A DNA stretch of 64,000 nucleotides. Source: Bacteroidia bacterium. GTDB lineage: Bacteria > Bacteroidota > Bacteroidia > Chitinophagales > Saprospiraceae. The stretch lies in the NCBI GenBank assembly GCA_030426765.1, contig JAUHXV010000009.1, positions 10,633 through 74,632 of the forward strand, given 5' to 3'. Under the pieces are notes generated by a model, which saw only the letters and a list, made by a program, of their open reading frames with translations, searched no databases and was not told where the DNA came from. Shown here piece after piece: positions 26,405-35,294 of the stretch. A program made the position numbers and the translations under genes. The stretch's first letter is position 1. The number at the start of each line of letters is the position of its first letter.

Positions 26405-27022
26405 TTACCCCATTTCCTGGACGACCTCTTTGACCTCGGGGACCATGCGCTTGAGCATCGCTTCAATGCCGGACTTGAGGGTCACTGTGCTTGACGGGCA
26501 ACCACTACAAGCACCTTGCATGATCAATGTCACAATACCATCCTGGAAAGATTTGAACTCAATGTTGCCACCATCCATTTCCACGGCAGGCTTAACATGT
26601 GTGTCGATGAGCTCGCGGATGCGTGCTACGAGTTCGCCTTCATCTTCGCTATAGGTAATCTGCGACATGCGTTCCTTTTCGAGCGCATCCATGGCTTCAG
26701 CAAATCCTTCGAGGATGATGGGCTTGTCAGCGGCTATGTAGTCCTTGATGAAGTCTTTGGTGCGGATCATCAGGTCCTGCCATTCGTAGTTGAGTTCCTT
26801 GGTGATCGTCACGAAGTTGTTGCAGATATATACCGCCTTGACATAAGGCAGGTCGAAGAGCGCAGCTGCCAGTGGAGAATACTGGTCAGCGAGCTCCCGG
26901 GTTTTAAAGTCAGCCGTGCCGGAATAGAGCATTTTATTGGTCACAAACTTCAGTGACTCAGGGTTGGGCGTTTGCTCGGTATAGATAAGCACCGGATTTT
27001 TTGTTGTGGTCGTGGTTTCCAT
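26405..27022 (-). CDS. NifU/Nfu family Fe-S cluster scaffold/carrier protein
   Basis: Nfu_N-like IYTEQTPNPESLKFVTN and NifU C-terminal MQGACSGCPSSTVTLKSGIE (CxxC). Confidence 0.85.
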   Translation of the reverse strand: METTTTTKNPVLIYTEQTPNPESLKFVTNKMLYSGTADFKTRELADQYSPLAAALFDLPYVKAVYICNNFVTITKELNYEWQDLMIRTKDFIKDYIAADKPIILEGFAEAMDALEKERMSQITYSEDEGELVARIRELIDTHVKPAVEMDGGNIEFKSFQDGIVTLIMQGACSGCPSSTVTLKSGIEAMLKRMVPEVKEVVQEMG

Positions 27023-27108
27023 ATCTGTATAAATAAGATAAACCTGAAAAAGTTGTAAAATTCAACAGGGGAGGGCAAAGATGGGGAATTCTCGAAAAAC
27101 CAGCACAG

Positions 27109-27311
27109 ATCTGTCTCAAGGAAAAGCATCCCTCTTCTTCCAAAGGACTACGCCTTCTGGTCAAGCAAGAGGGATCGCCCTACGGGCGAGGGAGTTCTCC
27201 GTGACCCAGAAAAACTACCCTCACTGGACGCGGAGGATCTCCGTGACCCAGCAAAGTCTTACCATCCCTCTTCCTCCAAAGGACTGCGTCTTCTGGACAA
27301 GCAAGAGGGAT
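27109..27311 (-). repeat. mosaic hairpin element, long form (copy iii), plus a partial second copy
   Basis: 27109-27212 is the full element. 27226-27252 carries a second ggag-gat-ctcc gtgacccag module. 27264-27311 is a second long hairpin. Confidence 0.9.
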
Positions 27312-28522
27312 CACCCTCCGATTTCCCCGAGCTTATTAGAAGCAACAGACCCCACATACTCCCCAATCGACAAACAAGACGTCGCCGCGGGACTCGGTGC
27401 ATTGCAAAGATGGATCATCCGCTCCTGTTCGACGATGACGTAGTCGTCTACCAGATTGCCGTTTCGATCTACGGCCTGGGCGCGGACCCCTGACCGGCTT
27501 CGGTGGATGTCTTCAGACCTGAGGGAAGGGACGAGCGTCTGCAGACTTTTTAGAAAAGCTTTTTTGGAAAAAGAGCGCTTCATCTCGTCCATACCTTTTC
27601 GCCAATGGCGTCCGGCGAGTTTTTGAAATCCCGGGTAGGTCAGTGCCTCAAATAATTCTCCGGCATGGACATCGAGGTGTTTGTACCCTTCCCTTCGGAA
27701 AGCAAGTACTGCATTAGGTCCGGCTTCTATTCCGCCGTGAATGCGTTTGGTGAGATGCACACCGAGGAAAGGGAAATTAATATCCGGAACCGGGTAGATC
27801 AGGCCTTTGACTAAATGGGTGGCATGAGGCCTTAGCGCATAAAACTCTCCTCTGAAAGGAAGGATTTGATGGGGAGGTTTTTCTCCTGCCAGTTTAACAA
27901 GAAGATCGGAATATAGACCAGCGCATCCAATGGCCATTTGACCATGTAAGGACCTGTTTTTTGTAAAAACAGTGATGCCGTCTTTGTTGGATTGGATTTT
28001 TTCAACCTTACATCCGGTAATGATATCGCCTTTTTTTGCACGTATCAATTCTGCCAGTTTCTCTGCCACTAACCGGAAATCAATGATACCGGTTTGCGGC
28101 ACCCAAATACCCTTTACGGCATGGCAATAAGGCTCCACCTCCTTAACTTCTTTTGCATCGATGATCCTGATCCCTGAGAGTCCGTTTTGAATTCCGCGAT
28201 CGTAAATCCCTTCCAGAGTAGGAATTTGTTGTTCGTTTCCGGCAACGATCACTTTGCCGCAGAGGTCAAACGGGATTTCATGTTCAGTGCAAAAGTCAAG
28301 CAGCATCCCGTAGCCTTTTACGCAATTCACGGCCTTGGCACCTCCCGGCTTGTAATAGATGCCGGAGTGAATGACACCACTGTTGCGATCCGTCTGATGG
28401 GTTGCGAGAGAGGATTCCTTTTCGACTACACAGAGCCTGAGACCCGGTTGGTTGCTAATCAACTTCCAGGCGGTCGACAAACCGACAATTCCTCCTCCGA
28501 TGATGATGACGTCGTAGTGCAT
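27311..28522 (-). CDS. lhgO: FAD-dependent L-2-hydroxyglutarate oxidase/dehydrogenase-like
   Basis: MHYDVIIIGGGIVGLSTAWKL dinucleotide-binding start. Start trimmed from ORF 28615 to cat at 28520-28522. The stop codon lies inside a repeat hairpin. Confidence 0.75.
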   Translation of the reverse strand: MHYDVIIIGGGIVGLSTAWKLISNQPGLRLCVVEKESSLATHQTDRNSGVIHSGIYYKPGGAKAVNCVKGYGMLLDFCTEHEIPFDLCGKVIVAGNEQQIPTLEGIYDRGIQNGLSGIRIIDAKEVKEVEPYCHAVKGIWVPQTGIIDFRLVAEKLAELIRAKKGDIITGCKVEKIQSNKDGITVFTKNRSLHGQMAIGCAGLYSDLLVKLAGEKPPHQILPFRGEFYALRPHATHLVKGLIYPVPDINFPFLGVHLTKRIHGGIEAGPNAVLAFRREGYKHLDVHAGELFEALTYPGFQKLAGRHWRKGMDEMKRSFSKKAFLKSLQTLVPSLRSEDIHRSRSGVRAQAVDRNGNLVDDYVIVEQERMIHLCNAPSPAATSCLSIGEYVGSVASNKLGEIGG

Positions 28523-28710
28523 GTGTAGATATACAGAATAAGCCAGAGACAAATGTATCAAATGGAAAATTAGCCAATTGCCAAAATGAGATACATCCGG
28601 ATTTTGGATCAGCAATAAATTTGATCGTAAATGAGTTTATAAAGCAGGCAGCTTTACATCCGGGCCCCGGATAAAGCATGCGTGAGTAATGAATTTTACT
28701 TAATTCTGCT

Positions 28711-30171
28711 ATGCGCTTGAAAAACCACTTCATTTTACTAGCTATCTGTTGCCTGGCATCGGCAGGTATTTCTCAACCCAATGAGTGGCTGGACACCGAT
28801 TTTAGAGGGTCTGCGTGCCTGGGAATTGTGGAAGTTGGAGATGATTATTTTGCGATTATTTCCAATGGGGCTGTGAATGAAATTGACCCAGACATAGAAT
28901 ATAAATTATTGGTCAATGAAATTCTGATTAGTGAAAATGAACATCCTGATTTTACACTTATTGAACGCTTCACCTTAACTTCTGATGAACAATATAGCAC
29001 GATTGCCGCAAATTATATTGAGGAAACAAAAGAGTGGTTGTTCGTGCAATCATTTTCAACTGTACCAACGAGAAAATCATTTAGGGTTTTGTTGTGTGAT
29101 GAAAACTTTAATATAGAATCTTCACAGTATCTCGACACTTTAGGCATTCTCAACTTAATATTCTTTATTGATACCTACCAAGGACACACTTATGTTTTGG
29201 GAAGCCTATTGGCTCCACCTCAGGATGAAGTTTTTTTTTTAGATTATGATCATAATCTAAAAGGAGTGCTCCCACCGATTAGAATTGGACAGACCACCCC
29301 TCAGGGATCATTTTGGATTACGTCCATGCGCATTGATCATATCACTGGGGATATGTTATTATTTTTTTATAATGGTATACAGATAATAGATACATCTCTT
29401 TTTCAGAATCAACGATATGATTATTTTGATATCAATACAGCAACTCATGGAGATGTGTTATCCTTTGGCAATCATTACTATTCACATGGCGCCTACTACA
29501 GGGACAGAGAGAACAGTGGATTTAAGCTGATGCTTGTTCAAAAGTATGACACCCTGTTTAATATATTGAAGTCCGATACTCTTGGATACGATATACACGA
29601 CAATTATCCCTTTGTATTTAAATCAATTGACGAAAAAAATAATGAGATCCTGGTTGGTGCTCACCTGGACGGTCCGTTTTCACATTTTCCCACATTCGGT
29701 GTAATTAAAAAATTTTATTTAGCTAAGTATGATGAGGATCTGAATCGGATCTGGTACAGAGAATACGGAGGCAACAGAGCGTACTGGATGAATGGGCTCA
29801 AATTACTCGCTGACGGATCCGCATTTGCGTATGGATTTGTTACTGATTCGCTGGACCAGAATCGCCATGCCTATCTGTTACATGTCGCAGAAAATGGAGA
29901 TATCATAAGCTCCACGGAGTTTGATCGGGAAGCAGAGCACAATATCCGACTTGTCAATACCGGCTACAACAGGATACAGATTCTAAACCCGGACCGCATC
30001 ATAGCTCGCCTTTACCTGTTTGACCTGAACGGCCGCCCCCTTTTGGACAGGAGACTCGAACAGGAGACAGAGACTATTGATGTGAGCCATCTGCCTCCCG
30101 CGATGTATCCCTATTCTGTGGTCCAGGATGGCAGAGTGATCTCTTCCGGTAAGTGGATGAAGTTGGAGTAG
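28711..30171 (+). CDS. secreted hypothetical protein with probable T9SS C-terminal sorting domain
   Basis: Signal peptide MRLKNHFILLAICCLASAGISQ. C-terminal LYLFDLNGRPLLDRRLEQETETIDVSHLPPAMYPYSVV...KWMKLE. Confidence 0.55.
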   Translation: MRLKNHFILLAICCLASAGISQPNEWLDTDFRGSACLGIVEVGDDYFAIISNGAVNEIDPDIEYKLLVNEILISENEHPDFTLIERFTLTSDEQYSTIAANYIEETKEWLFVQSFSTVPTRKSFRVLLCDENFNIESSQYLDTLGILNLIFFIDTYQGHTYVLGSLLAPPQDEVFFLDYDHNLKGVLPPIRIGQTTPQGSFWITSMRIDHITGDMLLFFYNGIQIIDTSLFQNQRYDYFDINTATHGDVLSFGNHYYSHGAYYRDRENSGFKLMLVQKYDTLFNILKSDTLGYDIHDNYPFVFKSIDEKNNEILVGAHLDGPFSHFPTFGVIKKFYLAKYDEDLNRIWYREYGGNRAYWMNGLKLLADGSAFAYGFVTDSLDQNRHAYLLHVAENGDIISSTEFDREAEHNIRLVNTGYNRIQILNPDRIIARLYLFDLNGRPLLDRRLEQETETIDVSHLPPAMYPYSVVQDGRVISSGKWMKLE

Positions 30172-30290
30172 TACTTTCTCTCTGGCATGATCCCATCGAA
30201 AAAAGAAAAGTTGAGATCAACTTCGAATGCAGGATAATATATAGCCTACAGCATATAGCTAAAAACAAAAGACCTATTTATCTTCATATC

Positions 30291-30330
30291 CTTTTAACCT
30301 TTTAACCTTTTAACCCCTTAACCGCATAAC
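30291..30330. repeat. 8-bp tandem array, 5 units ending in TAAC
   Basis: cttttaac x3 cccttaac cgcataac. Confidence 0.9.
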
Positions 30331-30402
30331 CTGTATATCGGACGCATTTTTTTAAACAAATGCTTGTCCAGTGGTGATGAGGGTGTCATCATATATAATA
30401 AG

Positions 30403-30410
30403 TACCTTTG
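30403..30410 (+). promoter_or_regulatory. candidate -7 promoter box (TAccTTTG)
   Basis: tacctttg lies 42 nt upstream of the helicase ATG 30452. Confidence 0.4.
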
Positions 30411-30451
30411 CCCCCGACAGGAAATTATAACCTGCCGATATTCAGTATTTT

Positions 30452-32212
30452 ATGACTACGTTTCAAGAGATGGGCCTTCGCAAGGAGATCCTCAGGGCCC
30501 TGGGTGAAATGGGATTTGAAAAACCCACTTCCATCCAGTCCAAAGCCATTCCGGTGATCACCACCTCCACTCAGGACTTTATCGGACGCGCACAAACCGG
30601 AACCGGCAAAACCGGAGCCTTCGGTATTCCGATCCTGCACCAGATCGATCCGGCTTCAGAGGATGTGCAAGCCCTGATCCTTTGCCCGACGCGCGAATTG
30701 TGCCTGCAGATCACCAAAGAGATTCAAAACTTCTCCCAACATATACCGGCCATCAAAGTGGTACCGGTCTATGGAGGTTCAAGTATGGATACTCAGATAT
30801 ATGCACTGAAAAACAAAGCCCAAATCGTTGTCGGCACACCAGGCCGGACACTCGATATGGTCAATCGCAAACGCCTCAAACTGGACAATCTCCGATGGCT
30901 CGTGCTCGATGAAGCCGATGAGATGCTGTCCATGGGCTTTAAAGACGATATGGATGCGATCCTGGCCTCCACGCCGGAAGAAAAACAGACATTACTTTTC
31001 TCTGCCACCCTGCCCAAAGGTATCCGCCAGATGGTCAAGACCTATATGCATGACCCACAGGAGGTGGCTGCCGAACAAACCCAGACAGGCGCGGATAATG
31101 TGACGCACCACTATTATGAAGTGGCCGCTCGTGACCGATATGTCGCCATCAAGCGCATCCTGGATGCACACCCGAATATCTATGCCATCGTGTTTTGTCG
31201 CACCCGCGCCGAAACAAAAGAGATCGCAGAAAAACTCTCCAAAGAAGGATATAACTCCGATGCGCTGCATGGTGATCTCAGCCAGCAGCAACGCGAATAC
31301 ACCATGAGCCGTTTTCGCAGCAAGTCGCTTCAACTGCTCATCGCCACGGATGTCGCCGCACGCGGACTCGATGTCAACGACCTCACACACGTGATCAACT
31401 ACAACCTGCCGGATGATCCGGATACTTATATCCATCGTAGCGGTCGAACCGGAAGAGCACATCGAAAAGGAATTTCCGTTTCGATCATACACTCCCGCGA
31501 GCACAACCGCCTACGTGATCTGGAGAGGCGCGTTGGAAAATCATTTGAGAAAAAACTGGTCCCTACCGGTCAGGAAATATGCGAAAAGCAACTCTATCAT
31601 CTGGTCGATAAAGTGGAGAATGTAGAAGTCGATGAAAGCCAGATCGCAAAGTTTCTCCCACAGATTCACAACAAACTAAGTTGGCTCGATCGCGACGAAC
31701 TGATCAAAAGGTTTATGAGTATCGAGTTCAATCAGTTCCTTTCGTATTACAAAGACTCCCGGGACATCAACATCACATCCCGCAGGAAAGATGATCGCGG
31801 AAAGAAAGACCGGCAGAAAGATCGTCGTGATGACAGAGGCCGAAGAGAAGACCGAGATACGCGCAAAAACAGAGATGGAAAATTCGAACGACCAGAACGT
31901 AAAAAGCGTCCGGATGGCAGACCCGAACCCGCAAAAAGAGGCGCAGATAGACCTAAGGTTACCTTTGCACCCATGGTCATTAATGCCGGCTCTGTCAATA
32001 AGTTCAGCCCCAAGACGCTCCTCACGCTGATCAATCAATACCTCCCGGATCAGGAAGCACAGATCGGAAAAATCGATGTGCAGTTTTCACACACCATCTT
32101 TGATGTAGATGAAGCCTATCAGGAACAAGTGGTCCGCGCCTTTAAAAAAGCTAAATATAAGGGCCTGAAGTTGAGTGTAGATCCGATGAAGAAGAAAAAG
32201 AAGAAGAGATAG
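30452..32212 (+). CDS. DEAD-box ATP-dependent RNA helicase (DeaD/CsdA-like) with DbpA-type C-terminal domain and Arg/Lys-rich linker
   Basis: AQTGTGKT, DEAD, SAT and HRSGRTGR motifs. Confidence 0.9.
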   Translation: MTTFQEMGLRKEILRALGEMGFEKPTSIQSKAIPVITTSTQDFIGRAQTGTGKTGAFGIPILHQIDPASEDVQALILCPTRELCLQITKEIQNFSQHIPAIKVVPVYGGSSMDTQIYALKNKAQIVVGTPGRTLDMVNRKRLKLDNLRWLVLDEADEMLSMGFKDDMDAILASTPEEKQTLLFSATLPKGIRQMVKTYMHDPQEVAAEQTQTGADNVTHHYYEVAARDRYVAIKRILDAHPNIYAIVFCRTRAETKEIAEKLSKEGYNSDALHGDLSQQQREYTMSRFRSKSLQLLIATDVAARGLDVNDLTHVINYNLPDDPDTYIHRSGRTGRAHRKGISVSIIHSREHNRLRDLERRVGKSFEKKLVPTGQEICEKQLYHLVDKVENVEVDESQIAKFLPQIHNKLSWLDRDELIKRFMSIEFNQFLSYYKDSRDINITSRRKDDRGKKDRQKDRRDDRGRREDRDTRKNRDGKFERPERKKRPDGRPEPAKRGADRPKVTFAPMVINAGSVNKFSPKTLLTLINQYLPDQEAQIGKIDVQFSHTIFDVDEAYQEQVVRAFKKAKYKGLKLSVDPMKKKKKKR

Positions 32213-32348
32213 TAGAGCGCACACTACATTGCATCTTATTCTTCCTGGGATTGCTGTTAGAGTTTTAGCGTCATTTTTTCCTTTCGTATTTTTATGTCTT
32301 GGGAAATAATATTCCCAATCATTTTTTTATTTTTCAAACAATACGGAA

Positions 32349-33467
32349 ATGAAAATATTATTTGCCTCCTTCACTCTTCTTCCCCGCAGAACATCCGACT
32401 GTGTCGAATGGCGGGATCTTCGCTTCGCTACGATTTTCACCCCTGTACTACCTCGTTTTGTCGGAGTACAGGGTCTCCGCTTCGCTACGATTCTTTTATT
32501 TTTCACTTTGCAATTAGGTGCGCAGGATACGTTTTCTATAGTTGCAGCTGACTCCACGTCACGGCAGGTGGGCAGTGCAGGCGCATCATGTGTGGATCTA
32601 TTTAATACCGGGTTCTCTGATGATTCATTTTTAGGCGACCTGTTACCGGATACCGGCGCTATCAACTCGCAGGCGTTTTATATCCCGGCTAATCAGAACA
32701 ACGCACGTACGAGAATGCGCGCAGGCGATGATCCCAGCCAGATTATTAGCTGGCTGGCAAAAAATGATGTGCAGGATAACTCCTCTATTCGACAATATGG
32801 TATTGTTGGTTTTACAGGAAGTAATGTTAGTGCTGCAGGATTTACAGGAGCAAATACCAATGACTATAAAAATCATGTGACAGGAAGTATTGATGGCATC
32901 TATTACTCCATACAAGGCAATATTCTGTTAGGGCAGGAAATACTGGATTCGATGGAATCTCGATTCAGGGCTGCTCAAGGTGATCTGGCGTGTCGACTGA
33001 TGGCAGCGCTGCAAGGCGCAAAGGTAGTCGGAGCAGATACGCGATGTGCACCTAATGGCTCGTCCGCTTTATTTGCTTTTGTGAAAGTGGCTGAACCCGA
33101 TGATACGTACGGTAACCCTTCACTCAAAATGAGTGTTCGCACGCGTAACAATGCTGGTATTGAGCCTGTAGACTCACTGCAAAGTATTTTTGATGCACAT
33201 CATACATGCGGTCTGACAAAAACCCATCAGGCGAAAGAAAAAGTAACATTTCAGGTACAACCTAATCCTGCCACAGATAATGTCACTTTTATCGTGGATC
33301 AGGCCAGGATCGGGACTACCTATAAAGTCTTTGACATGAACGGCCGCGAGCTCACAAATGGAATTGTCACGGACATTGAAACTCAGATTGACATTCAATC
33401 TTACCTGCCAGGAATCTATTTGATTGAAGTTGGTCCGGGGGAAAGGCAGAGGTTTATCAAAAAGTAA
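32349..33467 (+). CDS. DUF1028 (Ntn-hydrolase fold) protein with T9SS C-terminal sorting domain
   Basis: TFSIVAADSTSRQVGSAGASC is a typical DUF1028 N-terminus after signal cleavage. C-terminal VQPNPATDNVTFIV...GIYLIEV. The 5' 140 nt contain intergenic-type repeat modules, so the start is uncertain. Confidence 0.65.
   Translation: MKILFASFTLLPRRTSDCVEWRDLRFATIFTPVLPRFVGVQGLRFATILLFFTLQLGAQDTFSIVAADSTSRQVGSAGASCVDLFNTGFSDDSFLGDLLPDTGAINSQAFYIPANQNNARTRMRAGDDPSQIISWLAKNDVQDNSSIRQYGIVGFTGSNVSAAGFTGANTNDYKNHVTGSIDGIYYSIQGNILLGQEILDSMESRFRAAQGDLACRLMAALQGAKVVGADTRCAPNGSSALFAFVKVAEPDDTYGNPSLKMSVRTRNNAGIEPVDSLQSIFDAHHTCGLTKTHQAKEKVTFQVQPNPATDNVTFIVDQARIGTTYKVFDMNGRELTNGIVTDIETQIDIQSYLPGIYLIEVGPGERQRFIKK
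32415..32492. repeat. intergenic-type repeat modules inside the annotated 5' end of a CDS
   Basis: gatcttcgcttcgctacgatt, then the 9-bp stem hairpin ccctgtact...agtacaggg (32441-32472), then gtctccgcttcgctacgatt. Confidence 0.8.
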
Positions 33468-33498
33468 ACCGAAAAATACTTTAGAAAACGTTTCCCGG

Positions 33499-33529
33499 AA
33501 GCTTATTATCTTTAGAGAATAAGCTTTTT
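33499..33529 (+). other. perfect 9-bp stem hairpin between the DUF1028 gene and the M28 gene
   Basis: aagcttatt (33499-33507) and aataagctt (33518-33526) are followed by ttt. The hairpin ends 5 nt before ATG 33534. Confidence 0.5.
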
Positions 33530-33533
33530 CAAC

Positions 33534-35273
33534 ATGAAACATTTTCTACTCTCCGTTTTCTTCCTATTGTCAGCCTGCATATTTGTTGCGGCTCAGGAGA
33601 ATATCTACTTTACCAATCCGCTTATCCTTGATATACTGAAGGGCAATTACAATCCTGAGGATTATATGCCTGATGAGGTCATTGCTGATCCGTGGGAGAT
33701 TAGCAGTCAGTTGCCCGAACAGGTGAGTGCGGATAGTATGAAAGCCACATTGCTGGCTCTGCGCCCTTTTCATACACGCAATACCGGATCAGATACGATA
33801 TCCGCAGATACCGGAATCGGAGCAGCACGGAAATGGATCCTGTCACAGTTTGATCGGTACAGCGAAGCCAGAGAAGGCAGATTGCTCACCGGATATCTTC
33901 AGTTTGACCAGGATGTATGCGACATGGGCAGACATAAAAATGTAGTAGCCGTACTCCCTGGAAGAGGTGCTTCTGATCCGTCGTCGATCATCATCGAAGC
34001 GCACATGGATAGCCGTTGTGCGGGTAATTGCGATGTGGATTGCCTCGCAGAAGGTATGGAAGACAATGGTAGCGGAACCGCCCTTGTGATCGAATTGGCA
34101 CGCGTGATGAGTCAGTATGTTTTTGATCATACGATTGTATTTATGACTGTCACAGGTGAAGAACAAGGACTGGTCGGTTCAAATGCATACGCCACCTATG
34201 CGGTTGCGGAAGGATTGCAAATCAAAACCGTTCTCAACAATGATATCGTGGGTGGTATCATTTGTGGAGAGACATCTTCTGCCCCTTCGTGTCCCGGATT
34301 GAATCACATCGACAGTACGCAGGTTCGGATTTTTTCGTTTGGTGGCTTTAACTCCGCGCACAAAGCATTAGGGCGGTTTATCAAACTCGAATATGCAGAA
34401 ATGATTGAACCGATCGCGCAGGTGCCGATGATGATTACGTTGATGTCTGCTGAAGATCGCGTTGGAAGAGGCAGCGATCACATTCCATTCAGAGAAAATG
34501 GGTACGATGCCATTCGTTTCGCAAGCGCCAATGAGCATGGAAATGCGGACGTAGGCAACGAAGAATATCACGACCGACAACATACCTCCGGCGATATCCT
34601 GGGTGTGGATACAGATGGCGATATGGAGATCGACAGCTTTTTTGTAGACTTTAATTATCTCGCGCGCAATGCAGTCATCAATGGCAATGCCGCTGCCATG
34701 GCAGCACTTGGACCGGATCGCCCATCTTTAGCCTCGGCAGGTCAGGATGGAGACTATCTCTATGTCGAAATCGATGATCCCCTCGATTACAATCATTATG
34801 TCGTAGGCCTTCGCATTCATTCCCATGACTTTGACACCTTATATTATATCACGGATGGAAAATCCGGCGTGTTTGAACTCCCGAGCCGCGAACTGAATAT
34901 TTTCATTTCTGTGGCATCAATTGATTCCAATGGTGTGGAGAGTTTGTTTTCTGAAGAAGTGTTGTCACGCCTGACCAGTACCGGTGAGCCGGATGAGACA
35001 GCCGACATCGAATTGTTTCAAAACAAACCCAATCCGTTTGATGAGTCGACGACGATCAGCTTTATGATGAACAGCCCGGGCAAGGTCCATGAGGCATCGA
35101 TTGTCATCACGGATATCAAAGGCAATCTGGTCAAGCGGATTCCGGTAGAGGTGCAAAATGGTATGAATGAAGTGCTCTACCACCACGGATACAATATGAC
35201 CGGTACCTACTTGTATACGCTTTATATCGATGGAAAGCAGATCCAAACGAAGCGGATGGTTTTTGCTAACTAA
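33534..35273 (+). CDS. M28 family metallopeptidase with T9SS C-terminal sorting domain
   Basis: HMDSR, EDNGSGTALVIELARV and VTGEEQGLVGS zinc-ligand contexts. C-terminal NKPNPFDESTTISF...GTYLYTLYIDGKQIQTKRMVFAN. Confidence 0.85.
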   Translation: MKHFLLSVFFLLSACIFVAAQENIYFTNPLILDILKGNYNPEDYMPDEVIADPWEISSQLPEQVSADSMKATLLALRPFHTRNTGSDTISADTGIGAARKWILSQFDRYSEAREGRLLTGYLQFDQDVCDMGRHKNVVAVLPGRGASDPSSIIIEAHMDSRCAGNCDVDCLAEGMEDNGSGTALVIELARVMSQYVFDHTIVFMTVTGEEQGLVGSNAYATYAVAEGLQIKTVLNNDIVGGIICGETSSAPSCPGLNHIDSTQVRIFSFGGFNSAHKALGRFIKLEYAEMIEPIAQVPMMITLMSAEDRVGRGSDHIPFRENGYDAIRFASANEHGNADVGNEEYHDRQHTSGDILGVDTDGDMEIDSFFVDFNYLARNAVINGNAAAMAALGPDRPSLASAGQDGDYLYVEIDDPLDYNHYVVGLRIHSHDFDTLYYITDGKSGVFELPSRELNIFISVASIDSNGVESLFSEEVLSRLTSTGEPDETADIELFQNKPNPFDESTTISFMMNSPGKVHEASIVITDIKGNLVKRIPVEVQNGMNEVLYHHGYNMTGTYLYTLYIDGKQIQTKRMVFAN

Positions 35274-35294
35274 TGCTTTTCTTGAAAAATAAGA

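Noticed and set aside
27081-27443. ORF 27081-27443 (+), and the similar ORFs 3640-3864 and 41380-41589
   Set aside because: They are composed of the hairpin modules. The same peptide words (RTAPSGQARGI, VTQK) arise only because the repeats are shared.
28523-28615. N-terminal extensions proposed by the ORF track (28615, 39185, 3514, 10233, 17908, 63252, 18601, 44536, 51202, 57222, 58212, 60744)
   Set aside because: In each case an internal Met gives a canonical N-terminus (Rossmann GxGxxG start, signal peptide or lipobox, or a family-typical start). The extension is unconserved-looking or repeat-derived.
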